A DNA stretch of 64,000 nucleotides from Octopus vulgaris. Its lineage: Eukaryota. The stretch lies in contig OX597830.1 of the NCBI GenBank assembly GCA_951406725.2, positions 10,044,001 to 10,108,000 of the forward strand, given 5' to 3'. Below are positions 1 to 14,119 of this stretch, piece by piece; positions within the stretch are counted from its first letter, which is position 1; each line of letters starts with the position of its first letter. The notes below the pieces were generated by a model. That model was given only the letters and a program-made list of their open reading frames with translations. It was not told the origin of the DNA and searched no databases. The position numbers were made by a program, and so were the translations under genes.

Positions 1-521
<521 letters not shown>

Positions 522-730
522 AGGCTGTTTTCTCATTACTGCCGTTGTTTGTATTTATCTCACATTTGTTTTTTTTATTATTTGTTGATATTGTTTTGCC
601 TATCTTTTACAATGAAAATGCCAGATTTTGCAATTGTGTAAAATTTATGACTTTTCAGACAAACACGCGCGCGCGCACACATCCACACAACACACAATGA
701 CATCGAGATGCATACACACACACACACACG

Positions 731-1035
731 CACATATACGCACACATCTTCATACACACAACTACATCCACACACCCCACACACTCCCATATACAAAACA
801 ACACCCACAGACACACAGACAGATACACAAACACATATACGCACACATCTTCATACACACAACTACATCCACACACCCCACACACTCCCATATACAAAAC
901 AACACCCACAGACACACAGACAGATACACAAACACATATACGCACACATCTTCATACACACAACTACATCCACCCCCACCTCCTCCTCCCACATACAAAA
1001 CAACACCCACAGACACACAAACAGATACACACACG
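731..1035. repeat. Minisatellite, 3 copies of a 101-bp CA-rich unit
   Basis: cacatatacgcacacatcttcatacacacaactacatcc recurs at 731, 832 and 933. Confidence 0.9.
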
Positions 1036-1199
1036 CACATACACCCACACACACCCACATACACCACACTTAATCGCAAAACCATTCCTTTCGTGTCTCC
1101 GCTCTGCTCTTCTTTCAGAGCTTCTTCGCGACTGATTGTCACAAATCTTGATTTGGTCGTGCCACGACCGACTCATCGATTCCGTTCGTCCATCGATTC

Positions 1200-1705
1200 T
1201 CCTATTCAATCATTTGTATTCTTAACTATTCCCTCATGCTTATACTCGTACTTTCCTTCTTTCACTCATTCATTCATTTGTTTGCGTTTCCATTCGCTTA
1301 TTCTTTCATTCACTCATGATTTCATTTATTCATATGTTCCTTCGCTCATCGTGCATACGTGCATTCGTTCATTCACTCATTCACTTATTCGTTCATATGC
1401 TTATTCACTCATTCATCCATTCGCACATTTGCTCATTCACTCATCCATCTATTCGCACAGTGACTCAATCGTTTTTCATTTGCTCATTCTTTCAATCGTT
1501 CTTTTGCTCATTCATTAATTTAGGAATTCACACATTCGCTCATTCATTCATTTGCTCATTCGCTCATTAATATATTCGCACATTCACTCATTCATTCATT
1601 CACCGCTCATTCTATCAATGATCCATTCGTTCATTAGCGCATTCATTCTGTTGTTTTTTTTTATTCATGCATCCATACACTTAGTAGTTCATTCACTCCT
1701 TCATT
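1200..1705. repeat. Degenerate (ATTC)n low-complexity tract
   Basis: Repeated cattcattc/cactcattc motifs. Confidence 0.85.
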
Positions 1706-1849
1706 TATCCAGCCAAACTTACTGTCTGAAATAAATGAACACCTTTTATCCAGCCATACATTACTGCCTGAAATGAATGAAAAACCCACCCTACCCCTAT
1801 AGTCGTAGACAACGTGGTCTAAGGTTTATGACGTTCGAATCGGGCTCCT

Positions 1850-2370
1850 GACGTTGAGACTTGTTCGAACCCGCTAGAAATCCTTTGAATGCATATTGTT
1901 AAGCAGAAAATTCATAGCACCCGCTAGCGAGACTGTTCGTTACATGCATTTCGGAGTGGTTATTTCCTCTTCAGCAACAGAGACCGGTAAGTCAGGCGCA
2001 ACGAACTGACACGAGAGGCAGGTTCCTCCGATGATATTTCCGTCATCGTTCAATAACTGGTTGCGCTATTCAGCGTCTCGCCGTAAATAAGATAAATGCT
2101 GACAGCGCTTGACAGAGATATTTATAAATGCAAACTTGTTACCAGTTCAGATACGCTTGAGGCCTATTCGAACTCGTAAGAAAGCCATTCACTGTATTTA
2201 GTGAAAGAGAAAATATCTCGTCGTCGACAAATTCACAGCGCCCCTTAACCGGATTTCGAAGCGTGCATTTCGGAGTGGTTATTTCCTCTCAGCACAGATA
2301 CCGGAAAAGAAGACGCTAAGAACTTAAACGGGAAATATGTCCCTCCTATGATATCTACGTCTTTGCTCAC
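1850..2370 (-). mobile_element. Diverged tandem dimer (~319 bp period) with hammerhead-like motif; Penelope pLTR/retrozyme-like
   Basis: gcatttcggagtggttatttcctc at 1946 and 2265; minus strand reads gttg-CTGAAGA-gga aataaccac tcc-GAAA-tgcatg-taac (second copy has a 1-nt core deletion). Confidence 0.55.
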
Positions 2371-2404
2371 TTCTACATTTGCTTAAATATATGACACAAC
2401 CACA

Positions 2405-2808
2405 GTTGTGTGGTTAAGAAGGTCGCCTGACAACCATGTGGTTCCAGGTTCAGTCCTACTACATGGCATCTTAGGCAAGTGTCTTTTACTATAGTTTCGT
2501 GCTGACCGATACCTTATAAGGGAATATGATGGACGGAAACTTCGTATAAGCTTATATATGTATATATATGTGCGTCTTTGTTCTTGTGCTTACCCACACT
2601 ACTACTACCTCCATCACCATATCATCACTTCACCAACGGTATTGGTTTGTTTATATCCCTGTAAGCTAACCGTTCGGCACAGAGACTGATCGAATAAGTA
2701 CCAGTCTGAAATATACGCTCTGGTGGCCATTGGTTCGACTAAAACCATTCGAAGTGGTGCTCCAGCATGGTCGCAGTCCAGTGACAGAAACAAGTAAAAG
2801 ATAAAAGA
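2405..2808 (+). mobile_element. SINE family A, degenerate copy
   Basis: tRNA-like head (gtgtggttaagaag...ggttcagtcc), ggcaagtgtct body, tail ggtgctccagcatggtcgcagtc...gaaacaagtaaaag; matches the 36104 copy. Confidence 0.85.
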
Positions 2809-2865
2809 TTCAATTTACCAGTGATTGCATATTTGTTACCACGATCTTATTCTTGCGCGCGCGCA

Positions 2866-3098
<233 letters not shown>

Positions 3099-3329
3099 AC
3101 CTGTATGAAGAATTATATAAATACAGCTTGAAATTATCAAAAGAGGCCTCTCTGTTTGTAAATGAACAAATGTGAATTTTATATTTGTAAATTTACTGGT
3201 TATTTCTCGGTTAAACACCTAAACAAATACGAACACAACATGCATCTGTGCAGACAGGCTCTTTCATGTAAGATACATACGTATATAATAGAGAAAGGAC
3301 CGATTATTAGAAATGAAGGTTTATATGAA

Positions 3330-3393
3330 TATATATGTGTGTGTATATGCATGTATGTATGTACGTATGTATCTATGTTTGTATGTGTGCATG

Positions 3394-3461
<68 letters not shown>

Positions 3462-3549
3462 AATATACATATAAATGTGTATGTATATATACACAGAATG
3501 TATATGTGTATATGTATATATTCATAGATATATACATAATACACATATA

Positions 3550-3615
<66 letters not shown>

Positions 3616-3637
3616 AATATATATTATGTATATAAAG

Positions 3638-3691
<54 letters not shown>

Positions 3692-3820
3692 TTCTATGTA
3701 GATAAACAGATAGATAGATAGATAGATAGATAGACACCATCTGCGCTTCTCTAGATGCAACAATATACATACAGATATTTATTTCGGAACACCTACACAA
3801 ATACAAATAAGGACCAACTG

Positions 3821-3869
<49 letters not shown>

Positions 3870-3924
3870 CACCCCATAGACATACACATATATATATGCA
3901 CATGTAAATAATAACATATATACG

Positions 3925-3998
<74 letters not shown>
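3330..3998. repeat. Compound (TA)n/(TATG)n/(GATA)n microsatellite region
   Basis: Directly visible. Confidence 0.92.
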
Positions 3999-4001
<3 letters not shown>

Positions 4002-4559
4002 CCTCCACATGCACAAACCTTGTTTATTTCTTACTATATATTTATCTACTAAAACAAACAGAAGCAATATTTATACGGATTCTCTCCTAATATGTTTACT
4101 TTTCCTTCAAGATTAAATGCTGAAATCTGACGATTTTACACACTTTTATTTTGGTGTCCTTATCTACACATTGCGACATTAAATATGTGCAATTAAGTTT
4201 AATTAACCTGTAATACTTAACATCCGAAAATGTATAGCTACCCTTAGATTTCTGGCCATGATATTTAAGGGAGCTAAATCAAATACACGGTCAAAATCTA
4301 GCACTGTGACTAACACCATCCATACTTACGATACAATTTCTTTGGTTACTAAGTTCGATTTCACTGAGTGCCAATACAGCCCCGGTCCGACCAAATCCTT
4401 GTGAGTAAATTCGGCAATTAGAAACCAAAAGAAGACCGCTTTCAAGGAAAAAATTTCGTTCAGAGTCATCTTTTGTAAATGTCCAATTATTAAAGTGGTA
4501 AAATTATCAGAAAAACCATTTCTGTTCAATTTTTACAAATATTACTGTACCAAGGACTT

Positions 4560-4765
4560 TCTATTTCCTATTCTACTATACATGGTTTTTTTTTTCCTTC
4601 TCTCTCTATTTATTTCCTCTTATCCCCTTCTGTCGAAGAGCGTAGGCTCGAAACGTAAAAGTCTTTCCCATTTCTCTCGAGCGTCAAACTAATACACCTT
4701 CTTGTTGTTTCTACACCTGTATTCGTCTTTGTTTTTTTTTTGTTTTTTTCATAAATTTGAACTAT
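4560..4765 (+). mobile_element. Penelope-pLTR-like fragment with variant hammerhead (CUGUCGA core)
   Basis: CTGTCGA-a-gagc gtag gctc-GAAA-cgta-aaag at 4630-4661; homologous copy at 36925-37087. Confidence 0.6.
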
Positions 4766-4849
4766 CCCTTTGTCTGTCCTTGTTTGTCTCCTCTATGTTT
4801 AGGCCCCTGTGGGCATTAAAGAAATAGATATACTCTTGTTCAATTCAGC

Positions 4850-5340
4850 AATCCCGGATGCGTCTGGCCAACGAGACACAACAATGTTAAAACATGGGAT
4901 ATACCAGAATTCCTTGAGCTAATGAATCGAGTGTGCTATGACTGAACATTCGTGGTGGAGGAGAAATTGTTTCCCTGTAATAAAACTAGAACGATTAGCA
5001 TACCCACGTTCGAGTCAGCCGGAACGTATTAGAAATTAATGTTAGTCATCGATTTGACTTTTCGCTGTTCACCCTACATATGAACATTCGATGCATATGC
5101 TGAATCTGATTCTATTGTCAGCATGATGTGCAACAATTTTGTCCTTTTGGCGTAAAATCTGAGGATTTTTTTTAATTAGGAAATTTTCTAGAATTCCAAT
5201 CTAGGGACCTTTGTCTGCCAGGGTTGACCTTGCATCTACACACATATGCAGTTGTGAGTAACTTGCTGTTCTTTTGTGCGTGCAAGACTGGCAGATTTTC
5301 ATGCATGCGAATATCTCCTCAACGCCCCAGTGATACTGAC
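4850..5340 (-). mobile_element. Possible highly decayed mariner remnant
   Basis: Patchy resemblance to antisense mariner transposase sequence (ttcgtggtggaggagaa; gcagattttcatgcatgcgaatatc); no ORF remains. Confidence 0.3.
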
Positions 5341-5344
5341 CATT

Positions 5345-5640
5345 GACTCTCCGAACGAGGTTTCCAGTTGATCCGTTTAACGGAACAGCCCGCTTGCGAC
5401 ATTAACGTGCAAGTGACTGAGCACAGAACGGACACAAATGCAATTAATATAGGTCCCAATGCGATTCAGCATGACATAGAATGACAATGCTGGCTCTTGT
5501 CGACTCATTTTTGCCAGGTGGGTGGACTAGAATAACATGAAATAAAGTGTCTCGCCCCCACCCCACCTCCGTATGAGTAAATACAGCTTGACGCCAGTGG
5601 CTTCCTAAGTTTTGCTCGCAAAACGAAAAGGGCTGGCGCA
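5345..5640 (-). mobile_element. Degenerate SINE sharing the 3' tail of family C
   Basis: gtttccagttgatccgtttaacggaacagcc...aacgtgcaagtgactgagcac is the reverse complement of the 43550-43620 tail. Confidence 0.65.
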
Positions 5641-5881
5641 GATATTGCAAGGCATATCATTACATGGAATCATTGATAACTTATCGCCACCCGCTTATCA
5701 AATAAATTTTTAAAATAAAATTTTACAGTATAATTAATTACGAGAATTCAATTTAAAAACAGTATTTTTTTTCTTTTATTTTTGTGTCGTCACCTTTTTT
5801 AATAAGAAATATTTAAAGAAATTTAATGAAAATATTCGACGAAATTGATAAAGATGCATAAAAACTCAGTTCTATAGTATT

Positions 5882-6092
5882 GGCTTCAAATTTTGGGACA
5901 AGGCCAGCAAGTTCGCGGGTGAGGGGTAAGTCGATTATCCATGGCCCCAGTACTCAACTTGTACTATCTTATCGAAGCTGAAGGAATGAAAGGCAAAGTC
6001 GACCGCTGTAAAATTTCAGCTATAGAACATAAAGACGGACGAAATCTCGTTAAGCATTTAGTTCGGCGTGCTAAGGATCCAGCCAGCTCGCT
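5882..6092 (-). mobile_element. SINE family B, old monomer
   Basis: atgaaaggcaaagtcgac...ggcgtgctaa...gccagctcgc matches the family B reverse complement. Confidence 0.8.
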
Positions 6093-6572
6093 ACTTTGGT
6101 TTCATTCCTCTTATATTGATATACTCAGAATATTTCATGTAAAATATGTTTGGTGAATTCTAGTTATTGCATTGTTGTTTGATTGGAAACTCATGATTTT
6201 TTTCTCTCTTAAATTAACGCGCCCTTCCAGGTTCAATTTGCAAATAATTCAGACCTCATTCCTATTTCAAGCGTGTATTGATACCTTGGATAACCATATA
6301 AAATCCCAACTCTCAATATACGCTAATTTGCAAGTCCCTGAATTAGAATGAAGGAAAGCTACACTGCGGAACGATCCTGAAAGATCTGCATTGACATTTT
6401 TAGTTAATGGAAATCTCTAGATAGACTTCAGATATTTACAAAATAAATCCATCTTTTATAGCAGTGTCTCCCTACCATATTTCACTTATGAACCCCTTTG
6501 GTTCCTATTTTACTCAGGTACACTGCCATAGCTATTCGATGTTTTAATAAAAATCCTATTATAGTTTTTTTC

Positions 6573-6843
6573 GGAGATTTACTTGCATAACAAGTGACCT
6601 GATCTGAGATCAAGTGCTGGAACGAAAACAATTGCAGCGTGGAAGGTGTTTATAAGCCATTTAAGAAACACACAAAAACCCTTAGATTCACTTCAACATT
6701 TAAATTCAATTTGCCAGAATATTTTCGTCACTTTGAGACCGCGACCTGTTCACTGACACAATTCCGTGCTGCATAGAATTTTGTCAATGAACAGGTCGCG
6801 GTCTCAAAGCGACTAAAATATTCCACACTGCAATTGTTTTCGT
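6573..6843. mobile_element. Non-autonomous element with inverted arms, each with a G3/C8-variant hammerhead-like motif
   Basis: 6717-6764 is the reverse complement of 6776-6823, and 6622-6642 of 6823-6843; minus-strand core tgtca-GTGAACA-g; related copies at 32222-32407 and 60320-60372. Confidence 0.7.
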
Positions 6844-7404
6844 ATTATAGTTTTTATAATTTAACATCATCAAGAATTGTATAAAAACAACTGTTGCAAA
6901 ATTTTGCGTTTTGTAGAAGTATAACTACTTTATTGCACGTAAATTTTGACAACAAAATTCTATATGGACCACAGTTGAGAACCACTGTTTCGTAGTTTAC
7001 TATGCAGATACTGTTCATTATCTTTCATATGAAAATTACATTTTCCATAAATAAATGATGATGATGATTCTGAATTTATTTCTCCTAAATCCTAACTTCC
7101 AGCAACTTGGTGTGTGCGTATTACAATGGCTTTGAATTTTACGTGCATATTTTATGAAGTAGGTATTCAGTTTGTTATAACCTGTTCAATCTTATTAATG
7201 CATTAAGATAACATTCTGCAACATATTTATCTCTGACATCAGTTCTTGTATGTATTTCAGACCTACAGACGACTGATCATCTTCGTGGCTAAGAGGCAGT
7301 TTTTAGCATCCGCTAGTTTTACGAGATAAATGATCTCTTCTCTAAATGCCTTCTGATGTGCAGTAGTTCAGTTTTGATAGTTTGCTAGCTTGGAAGAAGT
7401 GGCG

Positions 7405-7944
7405 GGGTTTGTCGATTACATCTACCCCCATTGTTCAACTGGTACTTATTTCCTCAACCCCAAAAGGATGAAAGGCAAAGTGGACCTCGGCGGAATTTGA
7501 ACTCAGAAAGTAACGGCAGACGAAATACATATTTCTTTACTACCCACAAGGGGCTACACAGAGGAGACAAGCAAGGACAGACAAACGGATTAAGTCGATT
7601 ACATTGACCCCCAGTGCGTAACTGGTACTTAATTTATCGACCGCGAAAGGATGAAAGGCAAAGTCGACCTCGGCGGAATTTGAACTCACAACGTAACGGC
7701 AGACGAAATACATATTTCTTTACTACCCACAAGGGGCTACACAGAGGAGACAAGCAAGGACAGACAAACGGATTAAGTCGATTACATTGACCCCCAGTGC
7801 GTAACTGGTACTTAATTTATCGACCGCGAAAGGATGAAAGGCAAAGTCGACCTCGGCGGAATTTGAACTCAGAACGTAACGGTAGACGAAATACGGCTAC
7901 GCATTTCGCCGGGCGTGCTAACGGTTCTGCCAGCTTGCGGCCTT
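7405..7944 (-). mobile_element. SINE family B tandem array (head + 3 units, 183-bp period)
   Basis: catatttctttactacccacaagggg at 7528 and 7711; single head at ~7893-7944. Confidence 0.92.
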
Positions 7945-8234
7945 AGTGGTTATGCTAATAATGGGAGTTACAGGAAGTACAATGTTAACAACACATACTA
8001 TAAAATGGAGGAATTCTCTACACGAATGTTGCAGGGCTATAGGGTATTTGGTCTTCCCGATATCAGTTGGAAATTGGGATCCTCCTGTTAAGGACTTGGC
8101 ATATAATTCTGTATATATGATAGAGAAAAAACCTCATATAGAAAATATGCTTCATATGCAAATCATTTGATATACCGTGCCAAAAGATAAAATATACATC
8201 GGATAACATATACATCAATATGCGCTGGTGTGAG

Positions 8235-8542
8235 TGGAGGCGCAATGGTTCAGGCAGTGGACTCACGGTCGGAGGATCGCGGTTTCGATTCCCAGACCTG
8301 GCGTTGTGTGCGTTTATTGAGGGAAAACACCTAAAAGCTCCACGAGGCTCCGGCAGGGGGTGATGGAGACCACTGTTGTACTCTTTCGCCCCAACTTTCT
8401 CTCACACTCTCTTCATGTTTCTTGAGTAACACTGCGATGGACTGGCGTCCCGTCCAGCTGGGGGGGGGGGAACACATATTCCACAGAAACCGGGAAACCA
8501 GGCCCATGAGCCTGGCTAGGCTTGAAAAGAGCGACAAAAAAT
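8235..8542 (+). mobile_element. Chimeric SINE: family C head/body + family D (V-domain-like) tail
   Basis: 8235-8410 matches 43264-43445; gcgatggactggcgtcccgtcca...gaaaccgggaaacc...gcccatgagcctggctaggctt matches 26641-26723. Confidence 0.85.
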
Positions 8543-8935
8543 GCGCTGGTGTGACTGTTGGCAAGATGTTTGCTTCCCAACCACATGGTTCCGGGTTCAA
8601 TCCCACTGCGTGGTACCTTGGGCAATTGTCTTCTACTATAGCCTCGGGCTGACCAAAGTCTTGTGAGTAGATTTGGTGGACGGGAACTGAAAGGAGACCG
8701 TCGAATACATACACGCATGCACGCACACACACACACGTACACACGATTGTTTGTCCTCTGCACTGTTTGACAACCGGTGTTGGTGTGTTTACGTCACTCA
8801 GCAAAAGGGTCTGCGATAGAATAAGTATCAAGCTTTACAAAAATAATAAGTACTGGGGTCTATTCAATCGACGAAAATACTTCCTATGTGGTGCTGCAGC
8901 ATGGCCGCATTCTAATAACTGAAGCAAATAAAAGA
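8543..8935 (+). mobile_element. SINE family A
   Basis: Full-length match to the 36104-36530 copy. Confidence 0.88.
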
Positions 8936-9939
8936 TTATTCTATTGTTTTTTTTTCTTAATTATTTCTAACATTTTTTATGAACTCGAGTAGTTAGATTT
9001 AACACATCGACCGATTTGACCCCACACCTGTCTCCTAACAGATTTTAACAGAATTAACTCTTATGTAAATGTTCAGGCCAAAATCCTTCTGGGGGAAACT
9101 TTGACCTCTCGTCAATGTCAGAGTAGCTCTAAAAAAGAGTAATAGAATTGCTCTTTTACAGAATTATTGAAAATACTAAGACATTCAAGTAAGGAAACAG
9201 ACGTTACAAGCAGGAACCCAAAGAAGTATAATAAAAAAGCTATATAAAATTAGTCTCAAATTGGATACTAAATCAGAGACTAATGTGAAAGGCAAACGCT
9301 ATATGAAGCATCTGATAGGCATTTGGTTTATGCATATTTAGACACATGTGTACGTAATTCACACATCTCTGCGTTTCAAATATTTATAAACTTACTTTTC
9401 TTTCCTTATCTTTTTTCCTTTGTGCCTTTCTCTTTCTTTCTTTTTTCTATCCCCTTCCTTTCTAAATTTTCGATGTGTCCCCTCCTCCTTCTATTTTTCA
9501 GATATTGATTTCATTTCAGATTATATTTGTTGCAATTCCTGTTTTTATTCTGCCATCGATATTTTCAGGTTTCTATTATTAAGGTTTGAAAGTTATTGAA
9601 CTATTAAGGAAAAATAACACATGGCTTACCATATTTATATAAAATAGAGGGTTCTCATATTAGAGGAAAATATTTAGAAAATATAACCGCAAATTTCGGC
9701 AACAAGCATTCAAATATGAAATGAAATCTCAACATATTCGCAAAATCTACAAGTTGTTTACCTTACATGGAGAGGAAATCTGTTCAAATATTAACCAAAG
9801 GCTGATCAAGAAAATTATATTAGCAAACATATTCAACGTTTAGCTTAACAAATTATGTCTTCAAATTAATCCTACCGGAAATTATCTATCTTGTTAGCTT
9901 CACCCAATGAAAAACGCTTTTCTCAATGGATCCACATTT

Positions 9940-9961
9940 ATATATACATATACATACATAC

Positions 9962-10017
<56 letters not shown>

Positions 10018-10177
10018 ATATATATACATATATATATATATAATATATATATACATATATATTCATAAACATATATATACATACATATATATATATACAT
10101 GTATATATATACATGTATATATATACATACATATATGTATATATATACATATACATACATATTTATATATATATATA

Positions 10178-10221
<44 letters not shown>

Positions 10222-10864
10222 CATACATATACGTTTATATATACTGCCAACATGAAAGTAACAGTTTCAAGAAAGAAAAATCTATATAAAATTGTCAATT
10301 TATACAGAGAGGGGGGAGGGAGAGGGGGAGATGTGTATATCTATATATAGATGAGGGGGAGTGTGTATATCTATATACCATTTGATTATCCTGGTATTGC
10401 ATTTCAGCCTACCTTCATTCTCAAAATAGGATTAAGAAGTAACATGCTTTGACATTTTGACATGAAAATCATTTTCCATGTTTAGCTGTGATCTACCCTT
10501 GAACTGGTTCGATACGACGACCAAAGGAAGATCCGTACCATCCCCTGTGAATTACAGGAACTGAACTTGGGCTACTATGACTACAGTCGAATGAGTACTG
10601 GTTTCCCGGTGTCTATTCCAGCCAAGTGCGATTTGAACTCAGAATGTAGAGGTATACCGGAAAGCATGTTTGCCGATGCGTGAACGACTGCTACTCTCCT
10701 ACCGGTGGTGCAATAATATGAAACGAGGTGTTTTGCTCAAGAAGACAACACGCCGAGGAAACGAACCCACGATCTCGCGGCCACGCGCACATCCACAGCC
10801 ATGTGTAATCATATATACTTGTGTATACGTGTGAGTACACGTGTGTGCGTCCGTGATTGTATGC

Positions 10865-10934
<70 letters not shown>

Positions 10935-10942
10935 GTATACGT

Positions 10943-10979
<37 letters not shown>

Positions 10980-10990
10980 TATACATATAC

Positions 10991-11048
<58 letters not shown>

Positions 11049-11200
11049 ATGTATATGGATACATATAGATATATGTGTATATATATATATATGTACGTAT
11101 GTATCTATATATGAATATATATATATGTATATATATTTATATATATGTATATATATATGTATATATATTTATATATATGTGTATATATATATATATATTT
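9940..11200. repeat. Two compound (TA)n/(TACA)n blocks (9940-10242, 10865-11200) with decayed SINE pieces between
   Basis: Directly visible; 10710-10800 has a CORE-like tgttttgctcaagaagacaac (minus strand). Confidence 0.85.
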
Positions 11201-12030
11201 ATATGCATGTGTATACTTGCACAGATTGCCTTAGACGATGAAAGAAAAAGACAAACATAATTATGAAGAGACAGATTTGGAGGAGAAAGAGGAAGAGGAG
11301 GGCAGATTGGAAGTAAAGAAAAGGCAAAGGAGAAGGAGAAGTGGGAGGAGGGTGAAATGAATGGCGAACGCAAGTCAGGTGTTACAAACTGTAAGAATAA
11401 CAGGAAGACAGAGTTTTATTTAGTGCTCCACCCATTCATCTCAGAATCATTGCATCAAAGAAACAAAAGCAAGTGTTGTGTTGCGTAGTAACAACAACAG
11501 CAACAACAACATGTAACAACAGTGAAAATTACAACCAGTCTTCCAACAAATATCATGACAACAACAGCAAGAACATCAAGAACAAGATTAGTTGTACAAC
11601 ATACACGACAGATAGTCGTTGCCGTATTTTTGGAAATTTCTACGTTTTAATAAAATATGAAATAAGAATAAAAATAATAAGACATTTGGAAATATAAAAC
11701 GTATGTGCGTGATTTTGTGGGTGTGAGGATACATAGATATATGTGTGTGTGTGTATTTCTGCGTGAGTGTGTGTGTGTGAGTGTGTGAGTGTGAGTGTGT
11801 GAATGTGAGTTTGTGTGTGTATGTGCGTGTGTGTGTGTGTGTTTATTTTTGTGCGTGTGTATGTATCAATAGATAGTGTTCAGTATGTGTACCAACTTAT
11901 TACACGTATGTGTATAAATGCAGACAAGCTTTAATACGTGTGCAACTTGTGTGTGTGTGTGTGTTTGTGTGGGCGGTTGCGTGAGTGTGAACTCTGTGCG
12001 CACGTACAAGTACATATACATAGATACATA

Positions 12031-12102
<72 letters not shown>

Positions 12103-12207
12103 TATGTGTGTGTACGTATGTATATATGTCTATATATGTATAAACTATATATATATATATATATATATGTATATGTATGCATGTATATATATATATCTGT
12201 ATAAACC

Positions 12208-12242
<35 letters not shown>

Positions 12243-12420
12243 ATGTATATAAATATGTATGTATATGTGCATACACATATATATATGTGTCTTTAAACCT
12301 TACATGCATACATTCACATACATATACATGCATATTTCAAGTCTTATAAATGCATTTCTGAATATTCTAGTTAGCAACAACAACTACTACTACAAATACC
12401 ACCACCTACAACAACAACAA

Positions 12421-12469
<49 letters not shown>

Positions 12470-12472
12470 AAT

Positions 12473-12526
<54 letters not shown>

Positions 12527-12574
12527 AATAATAATGATGATGATAATAATAATAATAATAATAATGATAATAAA

Positions 12575-12636
<62 letters not shown>

Positions 12637-12644
12637 ATAATGAA

Positions 12645-12731
<87 letters not shown>

Positions 12732-12747
12732 GATAATAATGATGATG

Positions 12748-12808
<61 letters not shown>
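12421..12808. repeat. (TAT)n switching to (AAT)n/(GAT)n
   Basis: Strand switch of the same triplet at ~12466. Confidence 0.95.
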
Positions 12809-12809
<1 letters not shown>

Positions 12810-13139
12810 CACGTACATTTTGTAAACATTTCATCGAGCTTTATTCAGACCCTAAAATAACAACTCGTTGAAGCAATTCACATTTGTATGTCATGCTGTC
12901 TGTTTGGTTGTTTAAAAATAGCTTGTTCTTTTTTTTTCTATATTTAATTACAACTTTATGCATTTTATTTACGAGTTTGAAAAAAAAATCTCATGTATTT
13001 ATCTATTGAGTTTTGTTATTTTCTTTCTCTTATAATATTTTTGGTTTTATTTTTATCCTGTATTTAGCAACGGATATCCTTGAGGTTAGCAAAATGAAAT
13101 CAAAACAGATGAGGTGGGGCGGTTTATTCTTTAATCGAC

Positions 13140-13800
13140 GCGACTGACACAGACTGCGCTATATTTAGAACTAGACCAAGCCATACGTTGATTCCTTACT
13201 TAAGTAATACATTTTTCATTAAGACATCTTAAAACATAGCCTTGTCTCGTTATAGCTCCCACGGTAAAACCGCTCGTCAGTCTGCGTTTTATGATCAATG
13301 CCTTTGAAGATAATTTTAATACTAACTCACGCACTCTTTCGCATATTTTCTGTCATATTTTCTCTGCCTCAATGCTTCCCAGACATTTCTAACCATCACC
13401 CACTTCCTCCTTACTAAAACATGTTCAAGGTATTCTTCTTGCGCTCCTCTACTCCTCCTACTTAATGTACATTTACAATGATATCCAGAATAATTTAATT
13501 CCGCACACTAGTTTGAGACGTGTCTCTACTTACCACAGCACCGCACTACTATCGTTGAATGCTTACCGAATCATCGTTTGGCTTAAGTTATCAAGCCAAC
13601 CTTTAGCTCTTGGCTTCGGCGAAATTAAGGTATATATTTATTACGCTTCGTATATACGCAAGTAGCTACCGATTCCAGCCTACCGCTCTATTCTCTATTT
13701 TCTACATCTTACACTCACATGCTGGATTTCTGTACTACGTACTCAATCCCAAATTATCTGATTAACAGATGGCACACCTGGAATCAACAACGTACATGTT
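13140..13800 (-). mobile_element. Possible ancient L1/Tx1-like LINE 3' remnant
   Basis: Purine-rich minus strand ending in aaagaataaa; only vague resemblance to LINE C-termini, many stops. Confidence 0.25.
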
Positions 13801-14035
13801 CGATCATTTATATATACCTATCAAATCAGATCTTAACCTAAAGCTACAGGAGTTGAGACAGTTTTTAGTGAATGTGTAACACGCTGTTATAAATACCCGG
13901 AGATCAATAATAGAATCCGACTCATGCCGTAGTCTCAATTTTGGGGGAAATACCTCGGCAATATAGATTATGTGACAGTCATATATGCCTTGTTACCAAT
14001 TATGTCTAATTCTAGAAAGTTAATAATCTGCTATA

Positions 14036-14061
14036 GCAGCAGCAGCAGCAGTAGCAGTAGC

Positions 14062-14118
<57 letters not shown>
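14036..14118. repeat. (AGC)n(AGT)n microsatellite
   Basis: Directly visible. Confidence 0.95.
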
Positions 14119-14119
<1 letters not shown>

